A stretch of 64,000 nucleotides of DNA, taken from positions 20,292,871 through 20,356,870 of the forward strand of contig NC_092676.1 in the NCBI RefSeq assembly GCF_964355755.1, read 5' to 3'. The stretch is from Antedon mediterranea. Taxonomy: Eukaryota; Animalia; Echinodermata. Shown here piece after piece: positions 52,106 to 62,467 of this stretch. Both the position numbers and the translations under genes were made by a program. Within the stretch, counting starts at the first letter, position 1. Each line of letters begins with the position of its first letter. The notes beneath the pieces are model-generated. The model saw nothing but the letters and a program-made list of their open reading frames with translations. It did no database searches and was not told where the DNA came from.

Positions 52106-53407
52106 TTATTTCTCCAATATAAAATAATGATGTGGTACTTTAGCATCTGTTTGGCTAACTTCTTCTTCTCTACTGTTATTGTCTTCATCTGTGTTCTGAT
52201 CTCTATTGTAGATGTAGTTAGTCTCAGCACTTGTTGCTGTATCTTTAATTGTGTGGTTCACTCCATCATCAGCATTTATTGTAGGTGGAACGTTAGTAGT
52301 ACTGGCGGAATTCAAAGTGGTGCTGTTTCTCTGATTACTTCCAGCAGATTGTGGAGGATTGCCAGATTTTCTCTTGAGTAGGTAGATGAGAATGAACACC
52401 ACTATTAAAAGAATCATTGTCGCTGATGCCAGGATTGTGGTTAGTTTGTTTGCACTCTCCTGAGCAGTTGCCTTAGTTGGCGAACTTTGGCATTGATTAG
52501 TTGCATTAGTTGTCATTCTGTCTTTCACTGTAAATTCTATCTCATCAGAGCTGCTTTGAGCAGTAGTTGTCACCAGACACTTTACAACGTAATCACCAGC
52601 TGTTAAATTGGTGAAGCATCTTTCATTACCATGAAAATTAGTTAAGTTTTGTCCATTTAACATCCAAGTATAATGTTCCTCACTAGATCCACACGTAGCC
52701 TGACATTTAAAGCAACGTTCATGCAGTTTATATATTTTGACTGTTAATTGAGGGTAAACTTTTAAAAGCAATGTATAGCAGATTGAAAATTGTATATCAA
52801 TTCCAGAAATACAATAAAAGAATATACCATCTCCCCATTGATAACCTTTAAAGGTCTGATTAAAACTTACTGTCTGTGTGTCCTTATATAAATGATACAA
52901 CTCTGTAATGTAATATTTACCTTGGATCCATCCAATTGTCACTTGATAATTGTTGTACTGTTCTTTTATTTGTTTCACCTTGCATCTGATTGTTACCTCT
53001 TCGCCTTCTATGATGTACTTTATTAAGTTCTCACAGGCAATTTTCCAATCAATATATCCAAGCTGAAACTTGACGTTTACATTGACGTTACCCAAAGGAA
53101 TCAGAAAGTACTGATTATCATCATCTTGGCAGATGTATATTCCAGCATTTTGTTGTACATTGAAATAGATGAACAGTTCACATTTAACTCTTGTCAACTT
53201 TGATGAGTATCGTTGGAAGTTACTGTTGCCAATACTATATGAACCATATAATGAAACATTATACTCTTTACTTGATGGTATGATCTTCACAGGTTGCATC
53301 CCATTTTTGTTGGAATGATACAGTGAATCAAACTCAACATCCTGTTCTTCTGCTGTAACATCTCTGACAAACAGCAAACTGATAAACACTATTAGACACA
53401 ACATCAT
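52106..53407 (-). CDS. Type-I membrane protein with 3 Ig-like domains, copy 1 (433 aa, intronless ORF)
   Basis: Signal peptide MMLCLIVFISLLFVRDVTA; NAGIYIC; EGEEVTIRC..IGW..GIFFYC..C; CQAT..YTWMLNG..GDYVVKC; Ser/Thr stalk; TM ILASATMILLIVVFILIYLL-KRK; tail with NYIY and YFIL. Confidence 0.85.
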   Translation of the reverse strand: MMLCLIVFISLLFVRDVTAEEQDVEFDSLYHSNKNGMQPVKIIPSSKEYNVSLYGSYSIGNSNFQRYSSKLTRVKCELFIYFNVQQNAGIYICQDDDNQYFLIPLGNVNVNVKFQLGYIDWKIACENLIKYIIEGEEVTIRCKVKQIKEQYNNYQVTIGWIQGKYYITELYHLYKDTQTVSFNQTFKGYQWGDGIFFYCISGIDIQFSICYTLLLKVYPQLTVKIYKLHERCFKCQATCGSSEEHYTWMLNGQNLTNFHGNERCFTNLTAGDYVVKCLVTTTAQSSSDEIEFTVKDRMTTNATNQCQSSPTKATAQESANKLTTILASATMILLIVVFILIYLLKRKSGNPPQSAGSNQRNSTTLNSASTTNVPPTINADDGVNHTIKDTATSAETNYIYNRDQNTDEDNNSREEEVSQTDAKVPHHYFILEK

Positions 53408-53693
53408 TTTTGTTTATTAGTTTAATTAATTGGATTAAACTTCTTTGTTTGATAACTTGGACTGAGTAAACAGATTCCTATTTCAACTGTATGTATTTCT
53501 GCTAAATGGTGAAACCAAACTAAATGTCTAGTTTTCCAAAGAAAATAAAAACGTAAAATGTATTGTTTTGCTGCCGTCATGTGTGTAGTTATATTTATAA
53601 TAAAAATATAATTTTACTTTCTATTCTTAAACTTAACATGATTTTATCAATAACATTTAACTTTCAGTGTGAAATATCTATAAGTAATGCCCT

Positions 53694-54430
53694 TTTATTT
53701 TTTATTTTATTTTATTCAATTTCCAGGGGTAACATACAAAAATCATAAACAAGGTACGGCATCATTCAACAAAACAGAACAAAAGTACTATCAGCACCTG
53801 CGGGTAACCAAAAGTGGATCAGTTCAAAAGAACTGCACTGTCGAGTGGCTTTCCCAACTAATAGTACGAAAAACGCAATAGACATGAAAACACAGTGATA
53901 GTCTAGATGAATTCGATATCAGTAATACATTTTTTCAAATCCCTTCTAAACCCCCCAAAGTTAAACAGGACTTTGTTACGAACTTCACGCGGGATACATT
54001 CCCATATTCGAGGGAAATTAACAAACAGGGAGTATTTAAATGCATTAGTTCTAGCATACATGTGTTTAAAGGTGAGGGACTCTGGATACCGAGAATTAAT
54101 TAAATTATGCAAACACTTAACTACAAAAATTCAATACTATGAAATTTCATTCTTTGAACCATATCTGGTAAATTTAGTATCTTAAGCCTGTCAGTGAAAT
54201 CGCCTTCAACACACAATTTAGTAACCCGTCTTAATGACTTGTTAATAGCTATATTATGTTGTTTTTGATGTGGATCCCACACAGGAGCACCATATTCAAT
54301 AACAGGTTGACATAGTGCATTAAAAAGTCGTAGTAAGATGTTGGTGTCATTGAAACCTACAAACCGTTTGATAAACCCAAGCATTCTCATAGATTTCATC
54401 GATACATCATTAACGTGAGCAGACCATGTT
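53694..54430 (-). mobile_element. 3' fragment of a CR1/L2-group LINE
   Basis: Minus-strand ORF pieces TWSAHV..RMLGFIKR..LFNALCQPVIEYGAPVWDP..RRVTK..RLKILNL and ARTNAFKYSLF..PRIWE resemble the post-RT C-terminal region of CR1-group ORF2; A-rich tail near 53694-53716. Confidence 0.8.
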
Positions 54431-54444
54431 TTTAATTGCACTAT

Positions 54445-55410
54445 TTTTTAATGTGGGAAAATATTTTCATGAAATTATAATAAGCATCTATATTACTCTA
54501 GTAGCTAGATCAACTTTCGTATGCACTTTGAGGTTCAGAGAATTTGACTTCAGAAATTGGTTTAGGGTGGTCAAACAATCATTGTTGGCTTGGTTACACA
54601 TTTTGAAAATGTGGCGAAAGGTCAAAAGGTCAGGGTGAAAGGTCATAAGACCAAACACTAATATGTCCTTAAATCTCAACAAACTGGTCACAGCGAAGTA
54701 ATTTTGGTCTCAAATTGATCAGAAGGTATACATTTATATTCAGTCTAATGGGACATTTTAGTCAAAAATGACCGGAAATGCCATTTCTGACCTTTGACCC
54801 ACACCCCAGGGCATGTATGTATCTCCGTAACTACTGACCGTGGACACTTGAATTTGGTCTTAAATTGTTCAAAATAAACATTTTGTTATTTGTTGCACAT
54901 TTTAAAAAATTTTACAAAAGGTCAAGGGGTTAGGGTCAAGGGTTATATGAACAAATATAAATAGATACTTGTATCTCGGTAACCACTCGTCGCAGCAAGT
55001 CAATTTTAGTCTCAAAATGTCCAGAAGGCATGCTTTCATATTCAATCTAATGGGACATTTTAGTCAAAAATTATCAGAAATGCCATATCTGACCTTTGAC
55101 CCACATATCATGGCATCTTCATATCTCTGTAAGTACTGGTCGTAGAAACTTAAATTTGGTATCAAATTGTTCGAAATATACATATTTACATTCATTGTAA
55201 TATAAAATGTGGTTAAAGGATGAACAGAAATACTATTACTAATGTTTCAAACAAAAAACATATCTCTACATAACTTATCCTTAGACAGTAATGTTATGCA
55301 ATAACTGATACTTTAAATTGTTTCAATTTCAAGTACTAGTTATTGCTGTCCCCAAGAACATTTTGAAAGAAACGTCAAGCTCAACAGTTCTTTTCAGAAT
55401 GCTAGAAGTA
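54445..55410. repeat. TE-like segment with ~300-bp direct repeats
   Basis: TCTAATGGGACATTTTAGTCAAAAA..TGACCTTTGACCCACA at ~54744 and ~55046; truncates the adjacent LINE. Confidence 0.65.
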
Positions 55411-55914
55411 ACTTGCCATGCGTATCCGATTAAACGCCCCGGGCATTTATTGTTCAAAGGGGTTTTTAGGGGGAGGGGAGGCATCTTTATTTGGGGTATA
55501 ATATGGTAATATGTATAATCAAATAAATACCACCTAGATGTAAAAAAAAATACAGCACAATTAATATCAAAAAGTGAAAAAAATGCTTGGTAAATTGTAG
55601 ATTATGGTAGTTAATGTAATGTGTTGTGATACAATTATTGTGTGAATGCATGTGGCGGGCGTATTCCACATGATGTTCTATTGGAGGAATGGTGGTGTTT
55701 ATTTATTTAGGTATTAACCACTTTTGATCGCCATTTGAATCGCAAATTTCTTACTGTGAGTGTTTGGTACTGTTAGATATAATATAAATAAACAAATATA
55801 CAAATAAGCTTTATTACTTTGAGTGTGGGTAGGCCCTACTGTTAGATTATAAACACATACAAATAAATAAACTTTATTGCTTCTCAACGTTTGTATTAAT
55901 AATTTAAAAATATA

Positions 55915-56405
55915 TAAACGTCGTAGTGGTGTATCGTTACATGTACTTTTCTATTTCAATCGACTATGACAGTGCGAGTTTTAACAAAGTATTCAATCGC
56001 AAATGTTTTACTGTATTTAGTGGTATATTATTTATAGTCCTATAAAACATAAAAAAATATTTCGTTACTTCGAGTGGATATGAATATATTTAAAAATTGT
56101 TCCTCTTTGTACCTATCCTCTTCCCCATCCCTCAACCCTAATGTTACATACAAAACACAAATTGGGTTTGTTTAAATGAGTCCAAATAAAAAAATTTGAC
56201 TCATTTTGTGACAAGTTTCTCTCTCGGAAGTAATTCCAAGGGTGCTAATTTTGGTTGACTACATAAATAATTGTGTCTATTTATTCGTTTCTGTAAACAA
56301 CAATGTATTAAAGTACGTAAATTTGAAATCTTCTCGCTGGAATTACTGTGTATTCGAGAGCCATCTGTGGGCGCGACCTAGATGGTATGCAAGCGTACCA
56401 TCTAG
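55915..56405 (+). mobile_element. 3' part of a non-autonomous Helitron
   Basis: Homologous to ~60715-61528; ends in hairpin CTAGATGGTA..TACCATCTAG followed by T. Confidence 0.65.
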
Positions 56406-56799
56406 TGGTTTTAATTAACCAATCACAATTATATGATTTTGAACAAATGATGGGTCTTAAAAGCTAATGATTGAACAAATTATTAGGCCATTGAAATCAT
56501 GACGATATAAATTATTATGTTCTTTTATTTCTTAATAAAAAAGTTCCATTTTAATTGTATCAGCAAATTATTTAATCTCTTTTTTTAAATTATATTACAA
56601 ACATTCTAACATTTATTAATGTATTGTATTTACATTTCAAGTATTTATAAAAAGTACCTCTATATGTATTTTAAGTAAAGTTAAATGTTTTTCAATTAAA
56701 TTTCATGATATTTTGTTAAAAGCCAATAAATATCGTATATAAATGATATACTATTATGAGGTACACTATATAGTTGTAATATTTTTCATTTGCGATTTC

Positions 56800-57293
56800 T
56801 GTGAAACAATATTCTTTAACTCATGTAGTACATTGAAAGATCTCAGAAAGATATAAAGTTTTTTAGTTTATTACTTGATAATTTCTGGTGACTTCTTTCC
56901 TGTTAGTTTCTTCATATGTATGTTTATTGTCATTCTCACTATTTCATGTCGTATCATCAATTGTGTTGATTGCTATTATAATGAGCATTTATATTATTAC
57001 TAGTTCCATCAGGTTGTGTTGTTGGCAGACTTTTTCTTTAATAGATACATGAGAATAAACACAACTACAGAACGACTGTGGTTGATGTATTATTGCTATT
57101 ATTATGCTTACGTTATTGAAATTAGCAGTTGCATCACAATAGCGTAGGCATACTGTCTTTCACTGTAAATTCTATCTCATCAGAGCTGCTTTGAGCAGTA
57201 GTTGTCACCAGACACTTTACAACGTAATCACCAGCTGTTATTAGACTTTCATTGCCACGATAATTATTTAAGTTTTGTCCATTTAACATCCAA
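56800..57293 (-). pseudogene. Decayed, 5'-truncated fourth paralogue of the Ig-receptor family
   Basis: 57152-57293 matches copy-1 domain 3 (AGDYVVKCLVTTTAQSSSDEIEFTVKD). Downstream are frameshifts and a TM remnant VVVFILMYLLKKKSAN followed by stops. Confidence 0.75.
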
Positions 57294-57294
57294 G

Positions 57295-57430
57295 GTTCAC
57301 CAGCCATCTCTATCCAATGCTTGCCTCACACATTTTTATAACTTTTGTGTGTTGATCCATTTTTTGATGTCATCAATCCATATCCTACGAGGTCTGCCCC
57401 TTCTTCTTTTACCTTGTATTATTATTATAT
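57295..57430 (-). mobile_element. RTE-type LINE 3' fragment
   Basis: Minus strand reads GKRRRGRPRRIWIDDIKKW..ALDRDG, like an RTE ORF C-terminus; paralogous copy at ~61565-61720. Confidence 0.7.
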
Positions 57431-58216
57431 TCTAATGTAACCAATCAAATATCAATATCATACTTTTTTTCTTGCTGCAGCAATCATTCTAGTGGAATCC
57501 AAAATAATCAAGCACAAACAAAATGTTTTAGTTAATATTGTATTTAATATTAATGCAAATTCGCTTTTTGTAAGCCTATTTAAACAGAATATTATCCAAA
57601 AACCCAACTATTAGGCACTTCCAGGTAATAACTTAGTGGATTAAACAAATACAGGAAACACTTAAATATTTTAAAAAAAAGTTAATATATGCACAAATAA
57701 AGTGTTAGTTAGATATTACCAAACTGATATATATTTGCTATATTTTGTTATATTTACAAACTATTATAATTTCATAAGATTGAAAACGTATTGAAACTGT
57801 GTGTTAGTTTCGGTTGCTAACAGCTACCATGAAAAAAATTCCCATTTTATTTATTTTTAAGTTTAAATCTTTACTTTGCTTACTAATACTTTGTACAGTG
57901 CTAAACATTTTCTCAAACTCTGTATATTTATAGTTTAAATAGATTTTTGTTTCTTCAATCTGTGCTTATGTTCTGATAAGCTAAATTACTGTCAATATTA
58001 TTTGTATGAGCTTGTCCTGTAACGAAATACGAAATTATTATTTGTATGAGCTGGTGCTGTAACGAAATTGTCCTTTTACGAACCTACATATAAATGATAT
58101 GGTATTTAAAATGATTGGTTGAATTTGGTTTAAATATTTTCCAAACGATGCAATATTGTAATGTGTCCTCTTTGTGAAACAATGTTCTTTTTTAGTTTCT
58201 GAAAAAAAGTTCCAGA

Positions 58217-59551
58217 TTATTTCTCCAATGTAAAATAATGATGTGGTACTTTAGCATCTGTTTGGCTAACTTCTTCTTCTCTGCTGTTATTGTCTTCATC
58301 TGTGTTCTGATCTCTATTGTAGATGTAGTTAGTCTCAGCACTTGTTGCTGTATCTTTAATTGTGTGGTACACTCCATCATCAGCATTTATTGTAGGTGGA
58401 ACGTTAGTAGTACTGGCGGAATTCAAAGTGGTGCTGTTTCTCTGATTACTTCCAGCAGATTGTGGAGGATTGCCAGATTTTCTCTTGAGTAGGTAGATGA
58501 GAACGAACACCACTATTAAAAGAATCATTGTCGCTGATGCCAGGATTATGGTTAGTTTGTTTGCACTCTCCTGAGCAGTTGCATTATTTGGCATACTTTT
58601 GCATTGATTAGTTGTATTAGTTGGCATACTTTTGCATTGATTAATTGCATTAGTTGGCATACTGTCTTTCACTGTAAATTCTATCTCATCAGAGCTGCTT
58701 TGAGAAATAGTTGTCACCAGACACTTTACACTGTAATCACCAGCTGTTAAGTTGGTGAAGCATCTTTCATTGTCATCATTACCATGATAACTATTCAAGC
58801 CGTTTAATACCCAAGTATAATGTTTCTCACCAGATCCTTCTGTCGCCTCACACTTAAAGCAATGTTCATACATTTTCTTTATTTTCACTGTTATTTGAGA
58901 GCGAACTGTTAAAAGTAATGTATAGCACTGGTTTTCACTTGCTACAGACCTAGCAATTTTGGTAACACAGTAAAAGAATATACCATCTCCCTGTTCATAT
59001 CCTGTAAATGTCTGACTAAAAGGCAATGTCCTTGTGTTCTTATATAAATTATACGACTTTATAATGTTGTTTTTCCCTTGGATCCATCCAATTGTCATTT
59101 TATAATTTTTGTTTGGTTTTGTTATCTGTTTCACCTGACATCCAATTGTTATTTGTTCACCTTCTATGATGTACTCTATCAAGTCTTCACAGGCAATTCT
59201 CAAATTAGGATCTTGCATCTCCTTTCTTGTGACATGTGAAGGAATCAGAAAGTATTGATTATCATCATCTTGGCAGGTGTAAATTCCAGCATTTTGTTGT
59301 ACATTGAAAGAGATGAACAGTTCACATTTAACGCTTGTCAACTTTGATGAGTATCGTTGGAAGTTACTGTTGCCAATACTATATGAACCATATAATGAAA
59401 CATTATACTCTTTACTTGATGGTATGATCTTCACAGGTTGCATCCCATTTTCTTTAGAATAATACTGTGAATCAAACTCAACATACTGTTCTTCTGCTGT
59501 AACATCTCTGATAAACAGCAAACTGATCATCATCATTAGACACAGCATCAT
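58217..59551 (-). CDS. Type-I membrane protein with 3 Ig-like domains, copy 2 (444 aa, intronless ORF)
   Basis: Same architecture as copy 1, with one extra 11-aa stalk repeat; tail has YHTI, NYIY and YFTL. Confidence 0.85.
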   Translation of the reverse strand: MMLCLMMMISLLFIRDVTAEEQYVEFDSQYYSKENGMQPVKIIPSSKEYNVSLYGSYSIGNSNFQRYSSKLTSVKCELFISFNVQQNAGIYTCQDDDNQYFLIPSHVTRKEMQDPNLRIACEDLIEYIIEGEQITIGCQVKQITKPNKNYKMTIGWIQGKNNIIKSYNLYKNTRTLPFSQTFTGYEQGDGIFFYCVTKIARSVASENQCYTLLLTVRSQITVKIKKMYEHCFKCEATEGSGEKHYTWVLNGLNSYHGNDDNERCFTNLTAGDYSVKCLVTTISQSSSDEIEFTVKDSMPTNAINQCKSMPTNTTNQCKSMPNNATAQESANKLTIILASATMILLIVVFVLIYLLKRKSGNPPQSAGSNQRNSTTLNSASTTNVPPTINADDGVYHTIKDTATSAETNYIYNRDQNTDEDNNSREEEVSQTDAKVPHHYFTLEK

Positions 59552-59952
59552 TTTTGTTTATGAATAAGTTTAATGAATTGGACTTGTTGTTTGATAACTT
59601 GGTCGAAGTAAACAGATTCCTATTTCAACTGCATCTATTTCTGCTATGGTTAAACAAAACAAAATATTTTGCAATAAGGAAATAAAAACCTATAATGTCC
59701 TTTTTTAGGTGCCATCATGTGTACTTATTTATATTAAAAATAAAACTTTACTTTCTATTCCCAAAGTAAACTTAATATACTTTTGTTTATGACTCGTTCT
59801 GTAACTTTTAACTTTTCAGTTTAAAATATTAAAATACACATCCAAGCTTGAAAAATATATGTCGTCGTATTAATTGCACTCAGTATTGTGAGCCTAATTA
59901 TGTCTGGAAACAATTTTTTCCATTAAACAATTATAAGCAAAGTATTAAATAA

Positions 59953-61528
59953 TCTATATATAAATTTACGTAAGGGCAAAATGCGGTAAATCGCGCCTTA
60001 CTTCTAGGATTTTTTCTCGATGGTATATAAAGTTAGTTCGTACTTTCGGTACTGATTTTAACCACCTGATGTAACCCTGTTTACTAATTAAATTAAGTTA
60101 GATAATTAGTTATCGACGATTAAAACGAATTTAGGTTCAACGATTTGCCCCAAATAGGGGTGTTTTCCGATCGTGGTATACACTGTCTAATGGATGTCCA
60201 TCTTGAAAAATACCCGCCATAAAAATGAGAGGAGGCTTCGCATTTTCCTATCTCCTCCTACAATAATTGTTTTTAATAGCTGAAAACCGGTTGAACAGCT
60301 AGAGTACAGCATCATAATGTTGAAGACAGGCCGAATTTCTTTAAAAAATACTATTTTTATAGATTTAATATATGTTTATACAAATGTATTGATTTGCGAT
60401 GAATGGAACATTCCAATCTCTGTTCCACAAGTGTCTATTCCCTCAGGCGTCGTAAAGGCAAGTACTGTATACTCATAACAGAAATTTGATCCATTTTTTT
60501 TTTCAATCTGTGCTGCAGAGGTTGGATATAATTTTTTTTTTAACGGATAATGAGCTAGCGTTTTCACTCGCCGTATATTATGTACAAATCTTTATTATTG
60601 CAGTTATTGAGTTATAATAAAGATAATTTAATATTTATTGACGATTAAATCGAATTTATGATTTTCCCCGAATAGAGGTGGTTTTCACAAATTGTTTTAC
60701 ATTATACAAACATATACACGTGGTAGTGATGTATCGTTACATGTACTGTACTATTTCAATCGACTAGGACGGTGATAGTTTCAACAAAGTATTACATCGC
60801 AATGTTTTACTGTGTTTAGTGGTATATTATTTGTAAAACATGAAAACAATAATAATAATAATAACTGGTACTTGATAGCGCATTATGCTGAAAGCCTCAA
60901 TGCGCTTTACAAAGACAGAACAATTTAGAAAATTACAAATTAAAAAGGTGGGTTTTGAGGAGAGATTTGAAGCGGGATTTGAAGACACTGGTGGAAGTAG
61001 CCTGACGGATTTCAATAGGCAACGCATTCCATAGAGAAACGGATGCCGAAGAAAATGAACGATTTCCATAAAACGTGGAAGGATGAAATATATGGGCAAG
61101 AAGAGACTCAGATCTAGATCTCAGAGACCGCTTAGGAACATAAGGTTGAATAAGTTCAATTATTTCGTTACTAAATGGAAAAAGAATATATTTAAAAAAT
61201 TTTTGTTTTTGCACCCATCCTCTTCCCCATCCCTCAACCCTAATGTTACATACAAAACACAAATTAAGTTTGTTTAAATTTAACTTAAACAATTGGTCTC
61301 ATTTTGTGACAAGTTTCTCTTTCGGAAGTAATTCCCAGGGTGCTAATTTTAGTTGAGTACATAAATCACAGTGTCTATTTATTCGTTCCTGTAAACGTCA
61401 TGTATTATTGTCCTGCGGTACGTACATTTGAAATCGCCAGTTTTTTAACGCTGACATTATTATGTATTTGAGAACCATCTGTGGGCACGACCTAGATGGT
61501 ACGCGAGCGAAGCGAGCGTACCATCTAG
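59953..61528 (+). mobile_element. Complete non-autonomous Helitron (A|TC ... hairpin-CTAG|T)
   Basis: 5' A|TCTATATATAAA at 59953; 3' CTAGATGGTACGCGAGCGAAGCGAGCGTACCATCTAG|T ending at 61528; no TSD, as expected for Helitrons. Confidence 0.7.
60848..61159 (-). mobile_element. L2/CR1-group LINE 3' end inserted in the Helitron
   Basis: YVPKRSLRS..YGNRSFS..LWNALPIEIR..FKSLLKTHLF*, then stem-loop GCGCATT..AATGCGC and a (TTA)n tail. Absent from the paralogous segment near 56050. Confidence 0.8.
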
Positions 61529-61564
61529 TAATTATAATTTATCATAATGTCTATCTATATTTTG

Positions 61565-61720
61565 TTTCATCTTCACGTTGAAGGTTGGAGGTCAAGCTTC
61601 CCCAGCCGTTTCTATACAATGCTTGCTTTTTTTTAACTTTTTGTGTTGATCCATTCTTTGATGTCATCAATCCATTTCCTACGAGATCTGCTCTTTCTTC
61701 TTTTACCTTCTATTATTATT
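61565..61720 (-). mobile_element. RTE-type LINE 3' fragment
   Basis: Paralogue of 57295-57430 (RSRRKWIDDIKEW..NLQREDE). Confidence 0.65.
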
Positions 61721-62467
61721 ATATTCTAATGTAACCAAAAAAAATCTTGCTGCAGCAATCATGAAGTGACTTATTGTAGTGGAATCCAAAATAATCAAGC
61801 ACAAACAAAATAGTTTAGTTAACATTGTATTTCAATATTAATGCAAATTCGCTTTTTGTAAGACTATTTTTAAATAGTTTAAAAAAAAAGAATATTAACC
61901 GAAAACCCAACTATTAAGATAAGCACTTTCAGGGAATAACTTAGTGGACTAAACAAATACAGGGAACACTTAAATATTTAAAAAAAAAGTTAATATATGC
62001 ACAAAGAAAGTGTTAGTTAGATATTACCAAACTGATATATATTTGCTATATTTTGTTATATTTACAAACTATTATAATTTCATAAGATTGACAACGTATT
62101 GAAACTGTGTGTTAGTTTCGGTTGCTAACAGCTACCATGAAAAAAATTCCCATTTTATTTATTTTTAAGTTTAAGTGTTTACTTTGCTTACTAATACTTT
62201 GTACAGTGCTAAACATTTCCTCAAACTCTGTATATTTATAGTTTAAACAGATTTGTGTTTCTTTAATCTGTGTTTTGGCCTGATGCTAAAATTCTGATCA
62301 GGCATCATCATAAAAAAGTCTTTTATGATATGAATCTACATGTAAATGATATGCTATATAAAATTATTGATTTTTTTTGGTTAAAATATTTTCCAAACAA
62401 TGCAACACTGTGATGTGTCCTCTCTATGAAACAATGTTCTTTTTTTACTGTGAGTTTCTGAAAAAAG

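Noticed and set aside
52127-52381. Plus-strand ORF repeated at 58238 and 62505
   Set aside because: Antisense shadow of the duplicated receptor tail.
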